This document shows, in pieces, positions 13,601 to 27,511 of a stretch of 64,000 nucleotides of DNA. The translations under genes and the position numbers were made by a program. Under the pieces are notes generated by a model. That model saw only the letters and a list, made by a program, of their open reading frames with translations. It was not told the DNA's origin and made no database searches. Every line of letters begins with the position of its first letter. The stretch's first letter is position 1. This stretch comes from Octopus bimaculoides (lineage: Eukaryota). The stretch spans positions 23,810,775 to 23,874,774 of the forward strand of contig NC_068991.1 in the NCBI RefSeq assembly GCF_001194135.2. The letters are read 5' to 3'.

Positions 13601-16600
13601 CAGCATCTGTTTTCCTTAGGTTAGACAGTTTGACTGGAACTGGTAAATGGAGAGCTGCATCAGGCTCCAGTTATTTGTTTTGGCTTGATTTCTAAGGCTG
13701 ACTGCCCTTCCTAATGCCAACCACTGTACAGAGTATACTGGGTACCTTTTACATGACACTGGCACAGGTGTCTTTAACATGTCACCAGCACTGGCCATGA
13801 CCACAGTTTCACTTAGCTTGACATGTCTTCTCAAGTACAGCAATTCACTACAAGTTTGGTCACTTGTCATACCTCTGTAAAACTCAACATCTGAAAATCA
13901 TGTTTCACCTCCTTGTCCCATGTCTTCCTGGGTCTACCTCTTTCACAGGTTCCCTCCACAATTAGAGATCGGTACTTCGTTACGAAGCTGTCCTCATCCA
14001 TACACATCACATGACCATACCAGTGCAGTCTTCTCCCTTGTACACTATATCTGATGCCTCTTATACCCAATTTTTCTCTCAAAACACTCTCTGTCATACA
14101 TGCATAAGACTACTTTATCTAACATGTCTTATTTTTTTAAAACATTAAAGTGTAATTTTATTCAACATAATTCCACAGCTTAGCAATGTGCAGACACTGA
14201 ACAAGTGTGTGTTTGACAGTCTCATCGCACTTGTTGAGTACTAGACTTGGACAGGCCTAGTTTATGGCACTGTTGCACCTATAGAATCTACCCTAAACTG
14301 GCAAAGCCCTCATTAGCACTTTCAAACTAGAATCTTTTCGAAATTATCCATAGCCCTTGAACTGAAAATGTTCTGGAATGAACTACTTAATTGCTCTTTG
14401 TCAAACTCAGAACCTCATAACCAACTTATAATTATTCTGTTTCTCAGTTAAAATTACAATGTTCTGCTGTTTGAAAGAGTCAAAAAATTTAATATACTGT
14501 GGTGAGTTATGACATTGATACATCTCTTCAATATTATAGTGAAGTGAAGGCAGCGAGCCGGCAGAATTCTGACTTCAAATTCTGCCGAGGTTGACTAAGC
14601 CTTTTGTCTTTTTGTGGCTGATAAAGTAAATACCAGTTGAACACTGGGGTTGATGTAGCCTCCCTTGAACTTGCTGGCCTTGTGCCAGAATTTGAAACCA
14701 ATATTTTAGTGAAGTGAAAGCAGTGGGTTGGCAGAATCATTTGCATGCTGGGCAAAATGCTTAGCATTATGTCTGTTTAAATTCCACTGAGGTCGACTTT
14801 GCCTTTCATCCTTTTGGGTTTGATAAAATAAGTACCAGTTGAGCACTGGAGTTGATATAATTGACTTGACCCCTGCCCCAAACTTGCTGGCCTTTACTAA
14901 AATTTGAAATCAGCATTATAGTGAAGTGAAGCATTGTTATTCATCCCAAGGACAACACCGTAATCCTAAAATGTATTACAGACGCTGCCTTTTCTTTGTC
15001 ACAAAGTTGTACCCCATTCTCTGTTGAGGTTCTCTCATTGAATCAAAGGGTGGTTGTTGAGAAAAAGAGTGGAGTAGTAGTAGACTTAATATGGTACTGC
15101 ATGTTTCTACCTTCTGAACCGAACTGCTAGAACTTAACAGAATAAGTACCATTAATATATATATTTTTCCATTCATAATTTACCTAAGACTATATGATAA
15201 AATGTGTTTGTCCTTTCTTTAAGAGTGCACTCTGAGGGAGGTTTTTGTTGATATTTGTAGCAGGTTAAGCCAATGCATTGAAGTTCCCTCAACTTCTACT
15301 TGGGCTGTCATTTTATCTTAATATTTCAATTTCTCTTTATGCAGAGTCCGTTTGAATTGAACATAACGTTCACCTACCCACATTCCAACAAAGAATGCGG
15401 TTTCCTGTAAGTATTTACTGTTGTTATCTGCAATATTATTACTATTATTGTTGTTGTTGTTAATGTTATTGTTACCACCACTGCCACAGCAGCAGTGAGC
15501 TGGTGCAATTATTAACATGCCAGACAAAGTGCTTACTGACATGTCTGTCTTCACATTCTGAGTTCAAATTTCACTGAGATTGACTTTGCCTTTCATCCTT
15601 TCAGGGTTGATAAAATAAGTATTAGTTGAGCACTGGGATTGATGCAATTGACTTAACCCCTCCAGAATTGCTGGCCTTGTGGCAATATTTGAAATCATTA
15701 TTGAGAGAGAGAGAGAGAAATACACACACACACACACACATAGGTATTCATACTTATCAGATGTGTGTGTGTATGTATATATATATACATACACACACAT
15801 ACATACATACATTGTTAGTAACAAGTCATATAAACTCCACAGGGTATGTTGTAATTAGTCTTGAATATTTTTCATTGAAAGTGTTGAAAGTAACAAAGAG
15901 CCTTTCCCTCAGAGTGAAAGGCTGATTGTATGATACCTTGTATGGACAGCTATGCTACATGGCAGTGAAACATGGGCTGTGACTGCTGAGGACATGTGAA
16001 GGCTTGACAGAAATAAAGCCAGTATGCACCACTGGATGGGTAATGTCAGTGTACATGCACGACAGAGTGTAAGTGATTTGAGAGAAAAACTGGGTTTACG
16101 GGTCATCAGATGTAGCATACAGGAGAGAAGACTGCTGGTATGGCCATGTAATATGTATGAATGAAGACAGTTTCATCAAAGTTGCCAAACTCTAATTGTG
16201 GAGGGAACAGGTGGAAGGGGTAGACCCAGGAAGACGTGGGATGTAGTAGTGAGAAAGGATCTTCAGATGGTGGACCTCACAGAGCAGATGACAGGACCAA
16301 GACTTCTGCTGGTTTGCTGTACTTGAGAAGTCACGTCCAGCTAAGTGAATATGTGGTTGTCCTTGCATACAGGTTTGTCCTCTGAATCCCTCTCCATCTG
16401 AGCATTCCTAATGTTGCAGACTCGTGGGTGCTGGCGCCACATAAAAAGCACCTGTACCAGTGCCACATAAGAGCACCCATGTCAGTGCTGTGTAAAAGTA
16501 CACAGTACACTCAGTAAAGTGGTTGGTGTTAGGAAGGGTATCCAGTCATAGAAACCATGACAAGACAGACAATGGAACTTGGGCAGCTCCTGCCAAACCA

Positions 16601-16650
16601 TCCAACCCATTCCAGCATGGAACATGGATGTTAAACGATGATTATGAGGA

Positions 16651-16708
<58 letters not shown>

Positions 16709-19700
16709 AAATAGCTATAGATATATATGTGTCTCTCTCTCATTAATCAAATTATATATATAGTCTAGTTTCCCAAATTTTCGATTGATGGGGATATATA
16801 ATTCAAGTGGGTACCAATATGCACTTCTACCAATTGATAATGCTGGTTAACATTCATAAGCTTATGTACCTTCAGTTGGTTGGTTTAACTATTAACTATT
16901 CTTTGTACATTCTCACGCCTGAAAATCCATTTGTCTCTATAGTAACTATGCTTTTCGATGGAGGAGAAATAATGAATCACTTTAAGGAAAACAGAATAGA
17001 GAATATCCAATTTTTCATTATGCATTCATTTATGTTCTTTTATTGCCTACTTAACGTTTCCATCACTATCAAGGTGCATCTTTCACATCTTTTAGTGCAT
17101 TTTGATGCTACAATCCATCAAGGGCTTCATCAGGGTATTTTGACTGCTAATTTGTTTTCTTCGAAATGGAAAATAATACCAACTGAAAAAATTTTTGTTT
17201 TCTATTTATTTGTTTATTCAACTGCATGGTGGTATCATTCTAAAAATAGCTCAAACTAACCTTTTAACCCTACTGGTCAAAGGGAGGAATTAACTGCCAT
17301 AAATGTAGGTCATATTATTATTCATTTCTTTTAAGTTCTTAAAATCTATTTACTGTAATCAATGTTTGTAGCTTTGCCGTCCCCATTTCATTTGATTAAT
17401 ACTATTCATACAATGCTCACAACCACCCCTATAATTGTTGTTCTTACTACTATTATTTTTTATATCTTTATAGCTTCTGTTGTCTAGATGACTAAGTTAG
17501 TAGTGGAGGTGGATGCTCTGAGAGTGTAGCCGTGAGAATAAGATAAGGATGGGCTAAGTTCAGAGTGCTCCTACTTGTGCTAGTAGCAAAGGGCCTCTCT
17601 CTCAGAGTGAAAGGTAGATTGTTTGATGCCTGTGTGTGAACAGCTATGCTGCAAGGCAGTGAAACATGAGCTGTGACAGCTGAGGACATGCATAGGCTTG
17701 AAAGAAATGAAGCCAGTATGCTTTGCTGGATGTGCAATGTCAGTGTGCATGTTTGACAGCGTGTAAGTATCTTGAGAGAAAAATTAGGCATATGAGGCAT
17801 CAGATGTGGTGTGCAAGAGAGACAACTGTGCTGGTATGGTCATGTGATGCATATGGACGAGGACAGCTGTGTAAAGAAGTGCCGATCTCTAACTACAAAG
17901 GGAATCTGTAATGGAGGTAAATCCAGGAAGACATGAAATGAGGTGGTGAAGCATGATCTTCGAACTTTGAGTCTCACAGAGGCAATGACTAGTGATCAAA
18001 ACCTTTGGTGATGTGCTGTGCTTGAGAGGACCCATCAATCTGAGCAAAATCGCAATCATGGCAGATACCAGTGTCATGCAAATTGGCACCCATGCCAGTG
18101 GCACATAAAAGCACCCTGGTGTCATGCAAATAGCACCTGAACTGGTAGCGTGTAAAAGCACCCATTACACTCTCAGAGTGGTTGGTATTAGGAAGGGCGT
18201 CCAACTGTAGAAAACCATGCCAAATCAGACTGGAGTCTGGTGCAGCCTTCCGTCATGCCAGCCCAGTCAAACCGTCCAACCCATGCCAGCATGGACAACG
18301 GACATTAAATGATGATGATGATGATGAATTATTAGTCTAAGTAGGTAAAATAAAAAAAATTTTGTTTGGAACTATTTTCTCTTTTGAAGAAATCAAATTA
18401 GCAGTCAAGCTAATGATGAAGCCCTTGATGGATTGTAATGTCATAATGTACTAAAAGATGTGAAAGATGCGCCTTGATAGCGATGGAAACGTTAAGTAGG
18501 CAATTAAAGAATATAAATGACTGCATAATAAAAAATTAGATATTCTCTATTGTCTGTTTTCTTTAAACTGATTACACATACACACACATACACACACACA
18601 CACATGCATGCACGCACACACTGATACTCAATGAGTAACCTTGATTTGTGTTATTGTTGTCAGTATTGAAAGGGATAAAACAAATTTCTATTTCTTCTTC
18701 AGAACTGATATTCATCCCGATATCTTCCGTAAAAGAAAGACCAAAAAGGTGATTGATTCCATGTTTATTCTTATATTTTTTACTGGTTTCAGTCATTAGA
18801 CTGTACCTTGAAGACCTTTTAGTTGAATGAATCTATTGGTCTCTTTTTTTCAAACCACTAAGTTACAAGAACATGTAAACACACCAACACCTGTTGTCAA
18901 GTGGTGGTGGGGACAAAAACAGACAAACACACACATACACACAGGTGTCTTTCAGTTTCTGTCTACCAAATCTACTCACAAGACTTTGGTTGCCCCAAGA
19001 CTATAGTGGAAGACACTTGCCCAAGGTGCCATGCAGTGAGGCTGGACCCAGAATCATGTATTTAGGAAGCAAGCTTCTTACCACACAGCCATGCTGTAAT
19101 ATTCCATCAGGAAGTAGAGTTGATACTGAAGAGATTAAGATGGCATCTGTAGCACTTTCCAGCAAACTGCATCTCATCTAGTCTAGCTCTTTTGCCTAAT
19201 CAATCAAGCTACAACTTTTTCTGTTACTTTCATGACCTGGTCCTGCAATTTGATGCCACTATAATTACATCTCTCCATGGGATCCATATTACCCCTTGTG
19301 GTCCATATAAGATTTTGGTAAGGAAAATAGTAAATAAGGTCCGCAGTAGTATTTTATGAGTCCATGAAAAAATTTTGCTTTAAAGGTATTTATTGCAAGA
19401 AACAGCTAGGTTTCTTTCTCTAACATTGTCCATAGTTCAGTCTACACAAAGGAACATGTGATAGACAAAATAGGGAAGTTGAAAAAAGTATCTATAAAAC
19501 TATAGGGTGTCCACAAGGTCTGGGTACATGGAGTAGATAAAATCATAACATAAGCAATTAAATATAAGAAATAATAATTTCTTAAAGTATGTGTTAATCC
19601 CCATGTACCCAGACTTTGTGGACACCCTGTAGTTTTTAACCATCAAATGGCTATGGAGGGTCTACCAGAGTAAAATAGTAATCATAGGAGTCCATGGGTT

Positions 19701-22700
19701 GAGAACCACTGCTCTAAGGCACCTTCTCTGCTCTAGTGGCAGTTAACTACATTGCTGCTATGCAAGTGATTGGGTATGACTGTTCTGTATAACATCTTTG
19801 ACTATATGGGTAACAAGGCTGTATCCTACTACAGTTATTCTTGATAGACCTAGGGCTTTCCTTGCCTTCACATCTTTAATTGCTTTATCTATCATACTGT
19901 GTGTACTTGGTGCATTTTTTCATATCACCTATACTAGTCGGGTCACCATGCAGTTTGCAATATGAATCCTGAGGCAATGAGGTGTAGAGAGAGGTAAAGT
20001 ATGAGACAAAAAGGTCGGAGCAACAGGTTTTTTTGCTATAGAGGAACTGTGTGACTACATGCATTTTAGAAGAAAGAGTCGGGGATGATCAAGTAGAGCT
20101 GGGAAGCAATAAAGAAAAATAGCTGTGATGAAGTGTCAGGGTAGATTTTCAAGGTACGAGATGGGTAGGAATGAGTGGGTCAGAGGTGCCAGGAATGAGT
20201 TGAGGAGTAAAGGATGTCTGATAGGTCTGACTGTGTGGAGCAGCAGAATTGAGATGCTGATACAGTAAACAGGAAAAACAACGAAAGAAGGATGACATGA
20301 TGTTGGGCAGATAACATGAGTGCATGGGGCAAGAGGCAGGTGCAATGTGTGAAGAGGGTTAAATCTATGGTGGTGGTAGGAGGGGAGGTAATGTGGTGGT
20401 ACAGTGTAGTGGGGGAATCAATGAAAGTTGGTGGTGAGAACAATACACACACACACACATATACACATAATGAGGTTTACTATAAAAGACATTTGCTCAA
20501 AGCTGGTGATTTACTTAATTGCTAGTCAGATTTTGCTATGTCTGTTAATTCATATGGCAGGATGAATGGATGAACTTGGTTAAAGGGACCACGAAACATG
20601 TATTATTCAATTTTCATTTGTTAGGAGTTGGGTGAGATATAATGTTTAAGTTGTAGGATTGGGATGTAGAGCACCAGTGTGAAGTAGTCAGCTAATGACA
20701 GTGGAGTGATCGATGCTTCCCTGTAGAAATGGTCTATAGTATGTATTTAACTAATTTTACTGTTACAAGTAGGAGACTGACTTTTTGTTCCTCATCAAAG
20801 CTATTCATCAATTATCGTTTTGTGAAATTGACTTCTAAACTTTGTATTTCTTTCAGGGAGATTGGGAGATGTTCAGTCGTGCAAATGTTGCCAAGGCTGT
20901 GTCTGAAACAGTTAATTCCATTTATCAAAAGTAAGTGAAATTTTTTTTTTTTTTTGATTTTATCTTTTTTTTTTTGTTGCGTCACTTATTTTGTAATCTT
21001 CTTTTTGGTGAATCAATTCTGAAAACGTTTGGGTGCAAATTTTACATGAGTATAAGCTTTTTTCAACAATTTTTAACCTGAAAATCACCTGCGTAAATTA
21101 CACAGGTGCGCAAATTGCATGGGTTTTTACAGTATATATAAGTGTACTATCCATATAAGTCTCTCTCTCAAGGCCTGAACTAAACCGAATCACTGCTAGA
21201 GCATATAAACACTATGGGACAGTATGATGTTAAATGATTTTTATTGAAGTGTCAACATAAGGCTATTTTTTCATTGGGGAGGATGACCTTTTCTCATATT
21301 TGTATCATCTAATGTCCCATATTTTTCTCTACCTCAGTGTTTTGATGACAACCTGTAGTTTGTGAAGTATGGTATTGTCTCTTTCCCTACCACAGACTCT
21401 GGTATACGCAAAATCTCTTAATGTGACCTGCTGATAGTTATATTCTGATTGATACAGTGTTTAACTGGAGTTGAAAGTTGCATCATTACATCACTGTATC
21501 TCTATCCAGCTATCCTGATGCACATAAACTAAATATATTTTATGAGAGATGTTTAACTCTTTTGATATTAACCTACCTAGTTCATTGATACTAATTTCCT
21601 GTCTTAAAGTGATCTGACATCAAAATTTTATGAACATCAACTTAATAGTAACAAACTCATTTTAATAAATTCTTTATTTTCAAAATTAAATGAAACAAAG
21701 GCAGAAAATTCCAACAGAAATATGGTAACAAAAGGTTTAACGAGAGATTTTGAACGTAACTAATTGGACTTTTTCAAAAAAGGTTTTGTAATCATACAAA
21801 ACAAGGTAGCTGAATCTATATTTAGAATTGATAGACTCATTATTCATCTTTCTCAACACTGATCAGAAGTTTGTTTGATCAATGCTGCTTTTAAAGCTAA
21901 ACAACAACAACAACAACAGCATCCTGAACTTACTTCTAGGTTAGTTCTAGCTATTTCAACGTAGACTGAGTCTTGACAGTAAATGAAGCAAGACCTAAAT
22001 GGCTGAGATTTTCACTCCTTGCAAAAACATGTCATCTTTAAATTTCACTTTGAGAGAAATCTGAACCATTGCTACAAGATTGCTATGATTGCAACTTGTG
22101 GATTTATTGTATACTTTGTTTTAGAGGGGTTGATTGTCTGATTGACTTTCCACTGCATATACAGGGTGTTGAGGCTAAATTTGACAGTTTGCATAAAATG
22201 AGAAGAAAACAATATCCCATCTAAAAATAAAAGTATTTTAGAAGATCAAAAATTATCAACTAGATTTTGGCTGGGAGGTAACAGTTTACTCAAAGTAGCT
22301 GCCCTAAACTTCTACTATGGCCTCAAGACAGCTTCAGAACCTGGTGCTTGCATTCCACACTGTGTCCCTGGGAAGATCTTTGAACACCTCCTTGATCTTG
22401 GCCTTGGTGTTGCAGTCAGAATAACTGCTGTCTTTCTCAACTGTGCTCCACACATAGTAATCTATGGAATTACTATCAGGGTAATTAGGAGGATAGAAAT
22501 CGAGGCTGGTGAAGTCTCCAACAACCATTTCTGACTCTTTCTAGAGGTATGGCGAGGAGCCAAATCCTACTGCCCACACATGTAGCCTTCTAACAACAAC
22601 CCTCTCTAGCCAGGGTTTAACTACATTCCCCTGCAACCTCGTAGTCATCTGAATTCATCAGTTGTTGGATGAATTCTGATGTGTGGATGCAGTCAGAACA

Positions 22701-25700
22701 CCTGCTGTGTCCCTTCTTGCTGGCCACTGCATCAATGTCTCTGTTGCAGCTGAGCAGTAGTCATGATGTTGGCATTTTAATACCTGGCATGTCATCATGA
22801 TACAGGTAACTCTTTTCCAGTATTCAGATGGCTTCTAGTCCTCCATGTCAGTTAACTTTTTCTCAACTACAATTTAAATCTTATGCTCTTCAACACCGTT
22901 GTCTGTTCACCAATACATGTAGTTGTGCCTGAAAAATGGAGACTTTAAAAAATCATCAAATTAATCCTGAACACCCTGTAGGTTTATACACTGTTAGAAT
23001 GGGTACAATTATAAAAAATACTGCCAAGTAACTGTAGCCATGAAAGGGTTAACTTTTAACAACAAAATTTACAAAATAATCATATAAAGTAACTATTCAA
23101 AATTCTTACCGGTAATGTTGACTTGAAATTAATTAAATTTAAATAATTAACTTTAGTTTCTTGATTTTTAATTAATTTTTTTCCATATCTTTAGGGTTTG
23201 TAAATTTCCTCCATTAACCCCTATGGAGTCTTGTATTTGTGATTCCATCAGATGTCAGCATGATTCAGTGTTTGTAGCAGGTATGTTCTCTCTTAGCTTT
23301 CTTTATGTATACTATTTTTTTTATCATTCACTTTTTGCGATGGGTTTAAAGTTATAATCAGTGGCTGTGACATGAAAATATTAGAGCTGCTATTAAAAAA
23401 CATGTTTAACCCTTTAGCATTCAGATTACTCTGACAAATTTAATACTTTTTAATTCACATAGTTTTGAATTAATCGTGCAGTATCTTGTAACTTTAAGAC
23501 TTCAATGATGAGATTGTATATTTTTAGAATGACATTGTAGTGTTGGTGTAAGGGTCCAGATCTTGGCAGCTTGAACATAAAACAGATAGAATATTTGGGT
23601 TGGATATGGCTGGTTTAAATGCTTAAAGGTTAATAACTCAACATTATGTATTTCAGGTCGATACAACAAGTATTCACGTTTCTTAAGTCAAACCCCTTGG
23701 TTAATTGAAGGAGTTAAAAAACATGAAACATCAGTACAAGAACTGATTTGTAATGTCTTAAATGAACGATATGAACCTGTTGGTAAGTTTATTTCTTTTC
23801 TGTCCTCTCACAGTTATATTTAAAATATCCTAAATTCTTTTACCCAATTCAAGCTTAAAAAAAAAGGCAATATACATCACTTCTTTTTTTCCTTACATTT
23901 TGATTTCCTTATATTTGATTATTCCAAAGCATGTTACTAAAATCTCAAATAATCTCATTGCAGAATGTAAGTTTTCTGCATCTGGTCGTGAAGATGTGGA
24001 TGTGAAAATGCTTGGCAATGGTAAGTATTGTATTCTTGAAATAGTCACTTGTAATTCTTCATTTGTAAAGAAACATAGTTTTTAAAAAAATTTTAATTCA
24101 CGATGAGTTGTAAGTGTTAGAGGGAGAAAATCAAAACTAGATACTTCACTGCATCCATTCAATGCTTTACATTTCCCAATTGAAAGTCTGACAAGATCAA
24201 TTTTTACTTTCCTTTTTTTTTTGTTTACTAGGAAGCAGTGTGCCTGTGTTAGGAAATACATACCAGTAATACACTGGATTCTAAAAGAAACGTTTAAAGC
24301 TGACTTACTTTTGGTTATTCATTTACTATATATTTCATAGACAATTGGAGAAGGTGCCACACTCCTGACTCACAGAGTTGTGAGTTCATATCCTACTATA
24401 GGCAATATTTCTTGCAAGTTTGATTTTATTTAATCCTTTTGATACCAGCCTGTCTGAAACTGCTCTTGGTTCTATGATACAAACTTTCTGTTATAAAGTC
24501 GTTGTCATCATCATCATCATCATCATTTAATGTCTGTTGTCCATTCTGGCATGGATCAGATGGTTTGACCAGAGCTGGCAAGCTGGGGAGCTCCACCAGA
24601 CTCAGTCTGATATAGTACGGTTTCTATGCCTGGATGTCCTTCCTAATGCCAACCTCTTTACAAAGTGTGCTTGGTGCTTTTATGTGGTACTACACAGGTG
24701 TTTTTATATGATGCCACATAGGCACTTTTATGTAGCACCACGTAGGTGCTTTTATGTGGCCCCACTGCAAGCGTTTTACACCTCCAGCAGGATTAGTTTT
24801 AATACTTCTGTTATGGGATAAGGTCTTCTTAAGTACAGGCAGGTGCCAGGTATATCGGTCCTTTGTTATCTTGCCTGAAAGTTTCGGCTTCCTGAGGTCG
24901 TTCTTCAGTACTTCATCCCATGTCTTCCTGGGTCTCCCACTTCTTTGAGAGATTGACACTTCTTTACGGAGCTGTGGGCATCCATCTGCAAATTAGAATC
25001 TCCCAGCAAAATTTCATGTTAATCTACGTTCGAAAGCAAATTTTTTAATTTAATTTTTTTGTCGTTTTTAAAATTAATTGAAACGAACAGAAATAGGTTA
25101 ACAAAACAGTGAAGAAATTGCTGGAGAAAGGCTGAGTTATTAGATTTCTCATTCTTAAGATTCTATTTTGTAGTCTTTGAAATTTCTAAATGTTATACTT
25201 AAAACAATGTACTTATCTGTATATTTGTATATCTCTGTGCAGGTTTAAGAATGTTGGGGTTTTTTTCTTTCTTCATCAAGTATAACTTGCAATGAGATTG
25301 ATGAGGTTTTTCGAGTGAGATGAGCGTGGCCGTTGCCAGTACCGCCTGACTGGCCTTCGTGCGGGTGACACGTAAAAGCACCCACTACACTCTCTGAGTG
25401 GTTGGCGTTAGGAAGGGCATCCAGCTGTAGAAACTCTGCCAAATCAGATTGGAGCCTGGTGTAGCCATCTGGTTTCACCAATCCTCAGTCAAATCGTCCA
25501 ACCCATGCTAGCATGGAAAGCGGACGTTAAACGATGACGGCGATAGATACATTTTTTAAAGAACTTAGCTGGATTATGAAAAATGACTTTTGGATATATT
25601 TCTAATGAGTAGATTGCTTGTTTTAATCACTTTTTAATATAATCAAAATTTTGGTGGTGGTTTAAAAAAATACCTCTAACTTTAATTTATACCTGTCATT

Positions 25701-27479
25701 ATGCTGCTAATAAAAATATTTGTTAATCATGCACCTACCTTCCTAAATTGTTCAAAGTGAAAGTCTCTTTTTAAAGTCTGCATTGCTTTGTCTATACGTT
25801 GAGAGACATACAGATACTCACACAAACAACCAAAAGAAAATAACCATGTGTATTATATATTATACACACACACACACACATAGTTTTTTTTTTAAGTTTG
25901 TGTTGCATTGTGTTGACAGACTTGCACTTAAAATTCCTGTGCTATTAATTAAAACTTGTTAGTTACTAAGCTGATAACACCACCTATTTATCTATTTTTC
26001 ACATACTCTCTTTCCCTCACTATATTTCTCTCTCAACAACAACTTTTTCTCTTTCCCTTCTTCCCTATCTCTACATAGATATTGTTATTCCATAGACAGA
26101 TGGAAATCAGTTTCTCTTTTATAATATAAGATATATCCTGTTGTTGATGAAGTGGTATATATTGTACTGGTGTTGACTAATTGGTATATATTATGCTGGT
26201 GTTCAGCCACCAAAATATCATAACATCATTCAAATTATGAGATTTACATCAAAAGATTAATGTTAAATCCATACAAGTGGGTTGATATTAAGAAAGTTCG
26301 GGGTTTGAATACAGGCATTTTCAAACATATGGAAGGAGATGAAGTATGACAGTTCTGTGGTTAAGGTTGCTGAACTAATAAGGCCTTGTGAGTCGTTGTC
26401 ATCATCATCATCGTCATCATCATATGTCCATTTTCTATGTTGGCATGGGTTAGATGGTTTGATTGGGACTAGTAAACTGGAGAACTGTGCCAGGCTTATC
26501 ATCTGTTTTGGTTTGGTTTCTATGGCTGGAAGCCCCTTCCTAACATGAACCATTTTATGGAGTGTACTGAGTGTTATTTTTTTACATGTCACCAGCACTG
26601 GCAACGACCATGATTCATTTAACTGTCTCCTCAAGCACAGAAAATTGCCAGAAGCTTTGGTCACTTGTCATCATCTCTGAGGCTCAACAACCAAAGATCA
26701 TATTTCACCACCTCCTCTTATGTCTTCCTGGGACTATCCCTTCTATGGATTCCTTCCACAATGTGGTTTTGGTAAATGGAACTGAAGGAAGTAAGTCGTG
26801 TGTGTCTGTATGTGCATATATGTTAGTGTCTCCTTGTGACAGCTTGCAGTAATTGCTATTGTGTGTCCCTGTCATACAAGTGATATCCTTCATTTCCAAT
26901 TTTCCATAAAATATTAACTTATTTGGAAACAGGTGAAGGGTAGTAGCAGAAGGGTATCCAGCCATAGAAAATTTGCCTACCTCAATGTATTTTGTCTGGC
27001 CCATGCAAGGCATGGAAGAATGGACATTAAAATGATGTTGATGATTCTTTTTGTTTATTGCTTCAGTTGTTCCTTGACCATACAGTGTTAATAAAATTCC
27101 TTTGATTTTTATCTCTGTAGGTCGACCGTTTGTCATAGAATTGATCAATTCCAAAAGATCAAATTTTACTGCTGAAGATTTTGTGGAGATGAAGAATGTA
27201 AGAATTATTTGTTTTTTTCCACATCAAGATTCTTCTAGTGAGCACTGTAAAGTTATCTTCTCTGTATCTAATAAAGAAAAAATATTATTGGCATTTAGTT
27301 TTATGTTTAAATGCTGTTGGAATCTCGTATTACTTTCACTTTAGTAAAGTAACTTAACCAGTGATGATAATATTTATCTCTTGTTATAATAAAATTTATC
27401 TTGGCAGTGAATTGGCAGAGTCATTAGAGCATCAGGTGAATTGCTTAGTGCTATTTATTTCAGCTCCTTGCTTGCTGCT

Positions 27480-27511
<32 letters not shown>

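Noticed and set aside
14533-14931. Repeat-spacer-repeat pattern resembling CRISPR (also 50695-50778)
   Set aside because: The intervening sequences are SINE copies or are absent, the context is eukaryotic, and there are no cas genes.
16807-17259. 150-aa + strand ORF
   Set aside because: It overlaps one arm of the inverted repeat, has the F/I/L bias of AT-rich non-coding DNA, and shows no recognisable domain.
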